A stretch of DNA of 64,000 nt from a virus (Duplodnaviria; Caudoviricetes): IMG/VR virus record IMGVR_UViG_3300011577_000001. One strand, written 5' to 3'. The translations under genes were made by a program, and so were the position numbers. The notes below the pieces were generated by a model. It saw only the letters and a list, made by a program, of their open reading frames with translations. It was not told the DNA's origin and did not search any database. Below, in pieces: positions 20,659 through 29,127 of this stretch (positions are counted from its first letter, which is position 1; each line of letters starts with the position of its first letter).

Positions 20659-21249
20659 TTAGAAGAGATTGTAGCGAACACCGTCGATGTCCTTGTAGCA
20701 CGCGTCTACGAGATCATCGAGGATATTCCGAGCCTTCGACAGCGTCTCGCGCTGTTCGGCTTCTATAAGCACCGGGATGTAAGTGTACCGCAACTTGTTC
20801 CCAAAACGTCCAGTGACGTAATGTTCACAAATCCACTTAGGTGCGTACTTCTGCATGTCAAGATGCTGTCCAACCCCACTCCACCACGTGGGGTCTTCAA
20901 ACACTTTGGGGTCTACAGGTACAACCACGTCGATTTTAGGGATACCACGATCCATGTCAATCGGCGCTCGGGTGACTCGCTTACAACTCAAAGGGAGCAA
21001 TTTCTCTCCATTATAAGTGTAGTGAGGTCTGTAAAAGTAGACTCCATTTTGGTACTGGGTCAGAGGTAAGTCTCGTTCTTCGAAGATTGGTGGGTCTTCA
21101 CAATCGAACTCGAACTTGTAGATCGCCTCATTGACCTTAGGTTTGACGTGGTTGTGATAGCGGTACAACGTAAGCTGGGCGTAGTTCCCAAACTCGTAGT
21201 CATCGTCAATTACCGCCATCATGTTGATTGCACCGTAGAGAGTGAGCAT
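20659..21249 (-). CDS. hypothetical protein, paralogue of 21258-21884
   Basis: Shared P....V.VD....WW..Y.PK..C..Y..Y.PV motifs; GAGGTG SD. Confidence 0.8.
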   Translation of the reverse strand: MLTLYGAINMMAVIDDDYEFGNYAQLTLYRYHNHVKPKVNEAIYKFEFDCEDPPIFEERDLPLTQYQNGVYFYRPHYTYNGEKLLPLSCKRVTRAPIDMDRGIPKIDVVVPVDPKVFEDPTWWSGVGQHLDMQKYAPKWICEHYVTGRFGNKLRYTYIPVLIEAEQRETLSKARNILDDLVDACYKDIDGVRYNLF

Positions 21250-21257
21250 AAGTCACC

Positions 21258-21884
21258 TCAGATGTCGAGTAGGCTGACTTCCTGGTTGGTGCCATGGTCC
21301 ATGAAGACTTCTTCCAGTTGGTCGCCCACTTTGGCCAAGCCCTCAACCAGATCCTTAACCACTCGGGTCAGAACGCCTTCGTTGATCGAGACCGGTACGT
21401 AATCAATACGGACCTTGTCGTCACCGACGATGCTGTGCAGGTAGCCCTTACACATGAACTTCGGCTTGTAACGATCGACCAGCGTGGTGATCTCCGCAGA
21501 GTTCCACCAGTACTCAGACTTGAGCAAGTCCTTGTTGTCAACCACAGCCACCATGGTCAGGCGAGGAATGGTTGGGTCGTCGATGTTCGACTTGGCAACC
21601 GTGCGGATTTCCTTCACCAGAACCGGATCACCCCGGAAGGTGTAGAACCCACCGTGTTCGTGCTTGTAGAACCCAGGCTCGAGATCCTCGAAGCGCTTGT
21701 CCCGAGGGTACTCAAGGACTTGCTCTTTGGTCAGATCGAAAGACAGCTCAACCACTTTCTCATCGAGCTGCTGGTAGGTCCGACAAGCCTTGGCGGTATC
21801 ACGCAGGCGCAGGTGCAACTCAGGCTTGGTGAAGATGTGTGCCAGATCATTGAACTGATTGACACACAGGTAGGCCTTGATCAT
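21258..21884 (-). CDS. hypothetical protein, paralogue of 20659-21249
   Basis: Same shared motifs; GGAGG SD. Confidence 0.8.
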   Translation of the reverse strand: MIKAYLCVNQFNDLAHIFTKPELHLRLRDTAKACRTYQQLDEKVVELSFDLTKEQVLEYPRDKRFEDLEPGFYKHEHGGFYTFRGDPVLVKEIRTVAKSNIDDPTIPRLTMVAVVDNKDLLKSEYWWNSAEITTLVDRYKPKFMCKGYLHSIVGDDKVRIDYVPVSINEGVLTRVVKDLVEGLAKVGDQLEEVFMDHGTNQEVSLLDI

Positions 21885-22417
21885 TTCAGCCTCCAGGCAT
21901 AACCGAATTTATGGGCCTTGGCATCGAGCAGGCGAAGCCAAGTGTCGCTGTTGCTCAGGCGCAGAGGAATCAATTCATCGCCGAACATACAGCAAGAGTT
22001 GGTGAAACCGAAGAGCGCTTCACGAGGAATCTTGCGTTCGCGCATCAACGTGGCTAAGGCGCTCTTGTTGTGAGCTTCACGCAATTCACTCAGCGTTCCC
22101 TGTTCTTTAGGGCGAGCAAACCAAGCCTCCAGAGCCGCCCGTTCTTCCTGAGTGATCACCAGCACCATCGCATCGTGGGTGGCGCTGCGAACACGCAGAC
22201 GGTCAGCGAGCTTGCCTGCACGCCAGATGCGCTCGTCTTCCATGCACTCGAAGCTTTCAGGCTCGTACGAGAAGATCAGACCGAAGTCGTAGGTTTGTTC
22301 CAGCGGCAACACACCGGACCACTGCTTGACCGTTTCCAGATCGTCAGTGATGATCCAGTTGATTTCTTTGTGCGCCGAGAAAGGCTTGGGTACTGTCTTG
22401 TTCATTACAGTGCTCAT
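21881..22417 (-). CDS. hypothetical protein
   Basis: Start refined to MSTVMNK (ATGA overlap, GGAGG SD). Confidence 0.75.
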   Translation of the reverse strand: MSTVMNKTVPKPFSAHKEINWIITDDLETVKQWSGVLPLEQTYDFGLIFSYEPESFECMEDERIWRAGKLADRLRVRSATHDAMVLVITQEERAALEAWFARPKEQGTLSELREAHNKSALATLMRERKIPREALFGFTNSCCMFGDELIPLRLSNSDTWLRLLDAKAHKFGYAWRLK

Positions 22418-22980
22418 CGCAGAGCCTCCGGCATGAACAGGTTGTCTTGCGGCACCAGCAGAGGCATGTTCTGACCCCAAGCTTCTGGTTTCAGAGTGAA
22501 GCCGACGTGTTCGACTTGACGAATGACTTTGCCAACCATCGACTTGTCAACCGACAGGCGTTTGGTCTCTGGCGACGAACCGTCGCTACCGAAGCGATAG
22601 TCGATGATGTGTTGAGCCTTGAACACCCCGAGGAATTCAAAGCCAGCACGCGACACCACGATCATCATCGCCGCAGTGATTTCAGCGCTGTAGTTGCGCA
22701 GGTCCATCTGGTTCATGATGGCTGAACGAGACTCCGGGTAACCGAAGTAGCAGTTCATACCTTCCTTCTTGAAGACCACCAGGTTGGTTTCCAGATCCGG
22801 GTGTCGGATGGATTCCAAGAAGTGGCGATCGAAGCCACGGAAGAACACGTCGTCCGCTGCCCAATCGAGGATCACGTTGTTGATGAACTGGTTCGGGTCG
22901 AAAGGTTCCATGCCTTTATAGTCACGGATGTCACCGTGCATCTGGGCAAGTTCAACAACCTTCTGGCTGAGCTTCTGCAT
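22414..22980 (-). CDS. hypothetical early protein
   Basis: 188-aa ORF, GGAG SD, first gene after the promoter at 23043. Confidence 0.8.
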   Translation of the reverse strand: MQKLSQKVVELAQMHGDIRDYKGMEPFDPNQFINNVILDWAADDVFFRGFDRHFLESIRHPDLETNLVVFKKEGMNCYFGYPESRSAIMNQMDLRNYSAEITAAMMIVVSRAGFEFLGVFKAQHIIDYRFGSDGSSPETKRLSVDKSMVGKVIRQVEHVGFTLKPEAWGQNMPLLVPQDNLFMPEALR

Positions 22981-23042
22981 TTACTTCTTCTCCATCTTAG
23001 GAAAGGGGGTTAATGGTACTAACCCTAATAAGTTGCCAGTAG

Positions 23043-23068
23043 ATGATATATCTCTGAGTTCCAGTTGA
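23043..23068 (-). promoter_or_regulatory. phiKZ-type early promoter (TATATCAT variant)
   Basis: Minus strand AACTGGAACTCAGAGATATATCAT, just downstream of a terminator. Confidence 0.6.
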
Positions 23069-23075
23069 ATCGAGC

Positions 23076-23114
23076 AAAAAAAAGAGGGGTAGTTAACCCC
23101 TCCTCTTTATGCCC
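23076..23114 (-). terminator. intrinsic terminator
   Basis: AGAGGGGT...ACCCCTC stem, T8 on minus strand, TTTATGCC on plus strand. Confidence 0.75.
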
Positions 23115-23654
23115 TCAATCGAGGATATCGCTTACCACATCCCCGATATCGTCCAGCACTGAACTACTGGAGGATTGGGTCGAGCTACTGCTGCGCTTCC
23201 GCCAACGGAAGAAGTTTTTGAACCGCTGCCACAATGAGGGCTTGCGGATTTCAGGTTCTGGTGGAGGCATTACGTCATCGATCCTTTTGATCAGTTCTTC
23301 CCCTTTGAGGAAAGTCGTTTCGAAATCCCTGACCAACAACATCGGAGTCAGAGCCATCCCACTGAAAGCCAGTGTCACCGTACAGCCACGCAGAGTTTCA
23401 TTCTCCACGCTAAAGAACATTCTCCAGCCCGTTACGTCACTGTACGCAATGGCTTGGAATTCGATGGGTTTATCAAAGTCCCAGTGCCAGTTCCCAGCTT
23501 TAAGGCCAGGAAAGAAATCTGGAAACCCGTCGTAGAACCCCGCGATCATGTTCACTAGACTCTGCATGTCAGTATGATTGAGTCGGTAAACCCCTACCCT
23601 TTCATACTGACGTGCTAACTCCCGGTTGCTACGTGACCCCTTTATTTTGATCAT
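23115..23654 (-). CDS. hypothetical protein with Ser-rich C-terminus
   Basis: 179-aa ORF. Confidence 0.7.
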   Translation of the reverse strand: MIKIKGSRSNRELARQYERVGVYRLNHTDMQSLVNMIAGFYDGFPDFFPGLKAGNWHWDFDKPIEFQAIAYSDVTGWRMFFSVENETLRGCTVTLAFSGMALTPMLLVRDFETTFLKGEELIKRIDDVMPPPEPEIRKPSLWQRFKNFFRWRKRSSSSTQSSSSSVLDDIGDVVSDILD

Positions 23655-23857
23655 AGGTGTGTGCCCGGTCTAGGTACGAACCAAAGGTAGTAACCTACGG
23701 TGCCAAACAATTCCAATAGGCCCAATGCGACCCAGGTTCCCATGAACCGCTCAAAGCGTCGGAAGACGTACTGGAAGATCCCTTCCCCGACAGGGCGGAA
23801 TACTACCAAACCCAACGTGAGAACCAGATTGAAAGCGCCGAGGTAAAAGATTTCCAT
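23651..23857 (-). CDS. small membrane protein (2 TM)
   Basis: 68-aa hydrophobic ORF, ATGA overlap. Confidence 0.65.
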   Translation of the reverse strand: MEIFYLGAFNLVLTLGLVVFRPVGEGIFQYVFRRFERFMGTWVALGLLELFGTVGYYLWFVPRPGTHL

Positions 23858-23863
23858 GGATAG

Positions 23864-24403
23864 TTATTTCGTTGGAGGTTGCATGATTGCTCCACGCTCG
23901 AAACGACCGCTCTGGCGGCGACGAGAGTAGACCAGTGTTGGTTTGTGGCAGGTGAAACGACCCATGAACTCTCGAACACCCAACTCTTCCCAACGGTACA
24001 GGCGATACTCTGGGTTGAACGCGATCAACTTGTTAAAGCCTCGGTGGTAGATCGTGTCCTTGATGTCCAGTGTGGATTCCCCTTTCGGCGTTTCCAGTAG
24101 CACCAGTTCTGCCGATTGAGTCGGGTCCATCAACAGCTCGATGAAACGATACTCCCGATCCTCACGTACTTCTAAGTGTGGAACGTAGAAGTAGTAGAAG
24201 CAATTGCCATTAGTGGCAAAGCCAGGCGTGCAGTTAGACAACAGACTAGCCCGGAAGTTTTTGTGGCGTGGGGCTTCGACTTGAGTGAACTTCTTGGGGA
24301 AGAACTCATTCTCCACCTTATCGATGATGCGTTGTTCCACACCGTCGAGTTTCAGCACACGTGCTACGTTTTCAAACAGTTGACGTTTCGAGGTCATGCT
24401 CAA
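23864..24403 (-). CDS. hypothetical protein
   Basis: 179-aa ORF, AAGGAG SD. Confidence 0.75.
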   Translation of the reverse strand: MSMTSKRQLFENVARVLKLDGVEQRIIDKVENEFFPKKFTQVEAPRHKNFRASLLSNCTPGFATNGNCFYYFYVPHLEVREDREYRFIELLMDPTQSAELVLLETPKGESTLDIKDTIYHRGFNKLIAFNPEYRLYRWEELGVREFMGRFTCHKPTLVYSRRRQSGRFERGAIMQPPTK

Positions 24404-24422
24404 GGCTCCTTAGCCAATTAGT

Positions 24423-24557
24423 TTAAGCGAAAGCCTGATGCAACGCATAGCTCACGCATGTAAGGATAAACAAAAGGTTGGCGGCGACAAAGGCCACATG
24501 ACGTTGACGATCACTACGGCGCGCGTGGATGCGGTCTACAAGAGGATTAGTCAGCAT
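24423..24557 (-). CDS. small membrane protein (44 aa, MLTNPLVDRI...)
   Basis: 3' part of track ORF 24423-24815; ATG with GGGGAAG SD overlapping the upstream stop. Confidence 0.55.
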   Translation of the reverse strand: MLTNPLVDRIHARRSDRQRHVAFVAANLLFILTCVSYALHQAFA

Positions 24558-24825
24558 CGTTCTTCCCCAGACCGCCTTCAACACACTCAAAGGTACGAAC
24601 TGTGGTGATCGTGATATCGCTACTGCCACCCTGTCCGGCAACGCGAGTTCTAGAGGTCTGGGACCAAACTCCTTCCTTACTGGTGGCCCCATAGCCAAAG
24701 AGACTTTTAGCCGTATACTCGCAAGGTATACCGATCCGACTTTCAACCGGGAAAGTCGTAGTTGATACAGCAACCCCCACTGGGCTAAAAACAGTAGTAG
24801 TGAGAAGTCCGACAAGAATAGACAT
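24547..24825 (-). CDS. hypothetical protein (MSILVGLLTT...)
   Basis: ATG at 24825 with strong AAAGGAAAG SD, inside track ORF 24547-24876. Confidence 0.6.
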   Translation of the reverse strand: MSILVGLLTTTVFSPVGVAVSTTTFPVESRIGIPCEYTAKSLFGYGATSKEGVWSQTSRTRVAGQGGSSDITITTVRTFECVEGGLGKNDAD

Positions 24826-24881
24826 TGTTTCTTTCCTTTCTGAAGGATATAAAAGGCCGCCCCTAAGGGCGACCAAGAGAC

Positions 24882-26045
24882 TTAGTTATCGTGGATACGA
24901 ACACGTACGCCAACGCTGCCGCTTGGGGTCGGTTCAGGCGAGTCGTCAGATGGAGCTTGTGGGCGTTCTGCCGGTGGAAGCTTGCGGACCTCTTCGTAAT
25001 GTTCGATAAGATCATCAATGCGGTGGTTATCGCAAGACAGAGCCTCGCGGATATCCAGCGGACCTACCAAACCAGCGGAGACTGTCTCACTGTAGTAGCT
25101 ATTGGACGAACCGTGCCAACGTAGAGACACAAACCCTTTCGGCGTGGCGAAGCGGTAGTAGGTCCAAGTTTCTGATTTACAGCAGCCTTCTTCGGGATGG
25201 TGCGAGGCTTCTTCAGAAACTACCAGAGGTCGGTCAATCAGATCAAAGAGGTCTCCCTCGATATCGATCAACTTGATGGAGCAGTCACAACCGTAGTCGC
25301 CTTCGGACGCGTTGTGTAGCACAAAGGCATCGCCGGTATTCAGGATGAACACGATTCGCTCAAAGGTATCATCACCTAGATCAATGCGTTGACCGGGTGC
25401 CAGATTGTTGAGACGAACCGTGTTGAAGATGATCTGACCTTCAGTCTTACCAGAGTCCGGGATCAGGACGATTTCGGTGATGGTAGAACCTACCGGCATC
25501 TCGTCGATCATCTTGTACGCGACTTCCTTCGCCATAGCACGGCGCTGTTCGTCAGTGTACGTCGGCTCGTCGTCATCGTCCTCCGCATCCAACAACTCAC
25601 CTTCTTTAGGGGCGATTGCTGGTGCTACAGCGTGTAACGGAGTAGGTTCACCGCCATTATCAGCGATAGTGCGCACAGCGTGACGGAATACTGCCAATTT
25701 ACGACGTACTTCGTCTCTGATATTCAACAAGTCGTCGGGTGTGGTGATACGGTACTTACCGAGTACACCTTCGAGAGCCCGTTCCATCTCGACATCCCAA
25801 CGGCTAGCCATGACCAGTACTACTACCTCAAAAGGTGTAGCAAGACCGAAGGCTTCTGCGACAGAGGGCTCACAGCGACACTCAATGCGGTAGTCACCGT
25901 TCTCTTGGATGATCGCCATGCCTTCATGGCGCATCTCTTTGATACCTTTGTTTGCCAGCACCTGTAACAGTTCGGCGGCGATCTCCTGACCAATGGCCGT
26001 CATCAGCTCGTGGTCACGCATTTTGGCAATCAACTGCTGGTCCAT
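24882..26045 (-). CDS. multidomain hypothetical protein with a conserved phage C-terminal domain (DUF7448-like)
   Basis: C.C.I...DI.GDL.DLI..PL...EE..TWTYY...T.KG.V.LRW.G.SN.YYSE.V motif. Confidence 0.7.
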   Translation of the reverse strand: MDQQLIAKMRDHELMTAIGQEIAAELLQVLANKGIKEMRHEGMAIIQENGDYRIECRCEPSVAEAFGLATPFEVVVLVMASRWDVEMERALEGVLGKYRITTPDDLLNIRDEVRRKLAVFRHAVRTIADNGGEPTPLHAVAPAIAPKEGELLDAEDDDDEPTYTDEQRRAMAKEVAYKMIDEMPVGSTITEIVLIPDSGKTEGQIIFNTVRLNNLAPGQRIDLGDDTFERIVFILNTGDAFVLHNASEGDYGCDCSIKLIDIEGDLFDLIDRPLVVSEEASHHPEEGCCKSETWTYYRFATPKGFVSLRWHGSSNSYYSETVSAGLVGPLDIREALSCDNHRIDDLIEHYEEVRKLPPAERPQAPSDDSPEPTPSGSVGVRVRIHDN

Positions 26046-26098
26046 CTGAGGACTCCTAATAAAGGCATAGCCGGGCTCCCGAAGGAGCCCAAGCTACT

Positions 26099-27418
26099 TT
26101 AAACGATGATGTGCGGGATGAAGCGTTCGTTCTTCCACGACAGGGTCGGGGATTCGAACTCACGGATACACAGGGTGGCCGCAGTCGAGTCGAACATGTC
26201 ATCACGGTCTTCCACAGCGTCAGGCACCATGAACATACCGATGATGAAGTTGTTACGACCTTCTACCTGGCCCGGCGGACAGTACGCTTGATATACGCAG
26301 TCGTCGGTGTAAGGACCTTCGGACTCGTGAACCAGTTCGTTCTCGTCACCGAACACCTTGACGTTGGACGACATGCGACCAACCTTCGGCTTCTGCACGT
26401 AGGACATACCGGAAGCGATGAAGTGCTCAGGCGTGGTGTAGGTAGCCAGAGTTGCTACGTCATCCCACTGGCAACCGTAACCCGCTGGGTCAGATTCACG
26501 CAGGTAGGTGATGTAGGCCCAGATACCTTTGTTCGAAGCGAACCAGCGCCACGCAGGCTCGAGGAAGGTTACGTTGTTGGCCCAGTACTGCCACTCTTTG
26601 TAACCTTGCGGGAAGTTCTCGACCATCTCTTCCCACGGCGACAGTGCGAACACCACGTCCAGACGACGATCACCAATCACCCACGGCTTCTCACGGCAAG
26701 CGTGATCGTAGTCGATGTCGGTGAAGTCGGCGAACAGGGTGGTGTTGTTCTGATTCAGGATCTGAGCCAGCGTTTCGCACGTTGCCATGTCTTCGAAGCT
26801 GTCCTTCTCGAACAGCACACCGACGTAGCCAGGCACCTTGCCCATTTCTTCGAGTTCGTGGATCAGCGTGTGCCAGAACATGTTGAGCTGGTCTTCCTCG
26901 TCACCGGTGAACTGCTTGCACAGCTCGGTTTGGAGGTTGACCGATTCGAACAACATGGTCGGGGTATCGCCGTTGAACTCGTAGATGCCCTTGACAGTTT
27001 CAGTCACGGGATCGAACGCCGCATCGAAACGACCGTACAACGACTGGCGAGCCGAAGTGTGGGTACGGAAGGTGTGCTTCGCGTAGTCGATGAAGAACGG
27101 ATGTTTGCGCAGGAAATCGCAACCCATGAACTCCATGATGGTGCTATGGGATTCATTGAACAGACGACCTACCGCGTCAACCAGTTGAGCGTAAGCGCGC
27201 TCGAAGTGCGTTTCCAGACCCGCGCAGGATTCCTGCTTGATGGTGTAGAAAGGCATCGCCGACTGGTTCTTGAGGAAGTAATCGAAATAATCGGTTACAT
27301 CCTTTTTGAAGACGCCGTCAGAGATAGCACCTTCGCGGTAGAAACCTTGGGACCAAGGCAGCTCTTCAACCATGATTTTGTTCAGGTTGAAGTTAATGGG
27401 TTTCAGAATACATTGCAT
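26099..27418 (-). CDS. glutathionylspermidine-synthase-like ATP-grasp ligase (YgiC/YjfC family)
   Basis: LYGRFD, YEFNGDTPT.L.ES, ED..T, PWE, EPAW...SNKG, YV.KP..GR...NV, YQ.Y, IRE, RFIPH motifs. Confidence 0.9.
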   Translation of the reverse strand: MQCILKPINFNLNKIMVEELPWSQGFYREGAISDGVFKKDVTDYFDYFLKNQSAMPFYTIKQESCAGLETHFERAYAQLVDAVGRLFNESHSTIMEFMGCDFLRKHPFFIDYAKHTFRTHTSARQSLYGRFDAAFDPVTETVKGIYEFNGDTPTMLFESVNLQTELCKQFTGDEEDQLNMFWHTLIHELEEMGKVPGYVGVLFEKDSFEDMATCETLAQILNQNNTTLFADFTDIDYDHACREKPWVIGDRRLDVVFALSPWEEMVENFPQGYKEWQYWANNVTFLEPAWRWFASNKGIWAYITYLRESDPAGYGCQWDDVATLATYTTPEHFIASGMSYVQKPKVGRMSSNVKVFGDENELVHESEGPYTDDCVYQAYCPPGQVEGRNNFIIGMFMVPDAVEDRDDMFDSTAATLCIREFESPTLSWKNERFIPHIIV

Positions 27419-27420
27419 AC

Positions 27421-28029
27421 TTAGCTGCTCGCCGATCCGTGAGAGGCTGCACGTGCACTGCTACCGGACATGACGCCGGTGGAGCGAGAGGACATGACAG
27501 TCGAAGACATCTTCGATTGGAAGTTAGGAGACGAACGGACACTGTTACGTGCCGAGTTCATCATCATGGTGGTGTTCGCCGAACTGACGGAGTTCATGCG
27601 ACGACGACGCTCGTCCTCAGCGTAAGTGCTGGAAGACAGCGGGCGGTGTTGTTGAGCGTAACCAGCCATGCCACCCGGAGACGAAGTCATTGCTTTGGCC
27701 AGCAGGTAGCCTGCCGCCATACCGCCGAGCAATGGCCACATGGTGTCGGAGTTTTGACCGTCTGCGGTCTCCTTCACGATGTGTACTTGCTTCTCGCCCT
27801 TCTCGTTGTAAGAGAAGTAGACGTCTTTGACACTCGGATCTTTCGACTGGAGTTCGGCGAGGGTTTTCTTGCGATCTTCCTCATCGGACGCCAAGGTCTG
27901 ACGGACCTGCTTTTGTGCCTCATCTTCGACGTAAGCACGCTCTTCGTCGGCAGATGGTTGAGCCGGTTCACAGCCAGTCAGCGCAGCGGAAGCCGCGAGG
28001 GCCAGCAGAGTGAGTTTGGATTTATCCAT
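27421..28029 (-). CDS. YgiB/DUF1190-like lipoprotein
   Basis: Lipobox ALTGC; WPLLGGMAAGYLL motif; Ser/Arg/Met-rich tail; 2 nt upstream of the YgiC-like gene. Confidence 0.75.
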   Translation of the reverse strand: MDKSKLTLLALAASAALTGCEPAQPSADEERAYVEDEAQKQVRQTLASDEEDRKKTLAELQSKDPSVKDVYFSYNEKGEKQVHIVKETADGQNSDTMWPLLGGMAAGYLLAKAMTSSPGGMAGYAQQHRPLSSSTYAEDERRRRMNSVSSANTTMMMNSARNSVRSSPNFQSKMSSTVMSSRSTGVMSGSSARAASHGSASS

Positions 28030-28088
28030 GGAACAAAAGCCTTAATAAAAGAAAGAAGGGAAAGGGGACCGAAGTCCCCTCGCAAGGA

Positions 28089-28397
28089 TCAAGTAGCCAT
28101 CGGTGAGAACGAGTCAATGACGATTACTGCTTGTCCTGGCTCTTTCAGCTTCTGGCGAAACGCAGCAAGGAAACCTTGCGCGTCAAACGGCGGGTTGTTG
28201 GCAACCATACCCTTAGCCTGTTCCATTACCATGGCGGTAACTTGAGGCGTAGTGTCGTAGTAGCCAGCAGTGATATCCACCTGCACTTGATTCTTGTGCC
28301 CCGTATTTTCAAACAGATTGAAGACGTTATTGAATTGCTTGCTCAAACGACATTCCCCGAGAAAGTCTTTGATGAAGGTGTTTATAGGTCTTTCCAC
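28089..28397 (-). CDS. hypothetical protein or 5'-truncated gene overlapping the HNH 3' end
   Basis: Phage-like codon usage in the 3' half, followed by a hairpin at 28063-28080; no clear SD. Confidence 0.4.
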   Translation of the reverse strand: MERPINTFIKDFLGECRLSKQFNNVFNLFENTGHKNQVQVDITAGYYDTTPQVTAMVMEQAKGMVANNPPFDAQGFLAAFRQKLKEPGQAVIVIDSFSPMAT

Positions 28398-29079
28398 AAC
28401 GATCTGCCCATTGAGCTAAAGTCATGGTTTCCCCGGCGTGAGTATACTTGATAGGTTCCCTGCTAGCGGACATAATCGGTACGCCTTTGTTAGCGTATAC
28501 ACGACTAGCCACTGTTGCCCTTGGCACTCCGGCTAACTCGGCGATCTCAGTAATGGAACGCATGATACCTGTCCCATCATCGTATCGTACGCTACTACTC
28601 TTATTGTTAGCCTGTTCCTTCATCGTGGCCCAGTGACAATTATCGGGACAGTAGTTCCCGTCATTATCCCTGCGTTCGATGGAGTGGTCAGACGTAGGTC
28701 TCGGCCCCATGTCTTTATAGAAGGTTTCAAACGAATCCAACCATTCAGGACATACCTTGATTCCCCTACCGCCATATCGAGAATAGTTCTTCACCTTCTC
28801 GTTATAGCAACGGTTTACCATGGACTTATAGATGCCATATTCCGACGATCTAGAGAGACCATGTTTCCTCGTCCTCTCCGCAGAAAGTTCTCTCCCTAGA
28901 CAACCGCAACTCTTAGTTCTACCGTCCCTAAGTTTGGCACCATCTACCGATCTCATTTCGCCACAGACACAACGACAGATCCAGTGCGGTGGGGTAGGGG
29001 AGATTTTTTGACAATCCCTCTTTATTACAGTCAGACGACCGTATAATCCGCCTGTTAAATCTACCAGTTTCACGAACAC
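28327..29079 (-). mobile_element. free-standing HNH homing endonuclease
   Basis: DLTG..YGRLTV, W.C.C.CG, KSCGC, YGGRGIKVC.EW..SF..F..DMG.RP, SIERRDNDGNYCPDNCHWAT, two C-terminal HTH-like repeats; appears more AT-rich; directly downstream of thyA. Confidence 0.9.
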
Positions 29080-29089
29080 CCTCCTTTAG

Positions 29090-29122
29090 GGCATAAAAGG
29101 AGGGGTGTGTCCGCACCCCTCG
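29090..29122 (-). terminator. terminator after thyA (hairpin + TTTTATGC)
   Basis: GAGGGGTG...CACCCCTC followed by CTTTTATGCCC on minus strand. Confidence 0.75.
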
Positions 29123-29127
29123 TATAG

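Noticed and set aside
24423-24815. 130-aa ORF as given in the track
   Set aside because: Better explained as two genes (24547-24825 and 24423-24557), each with its own SD
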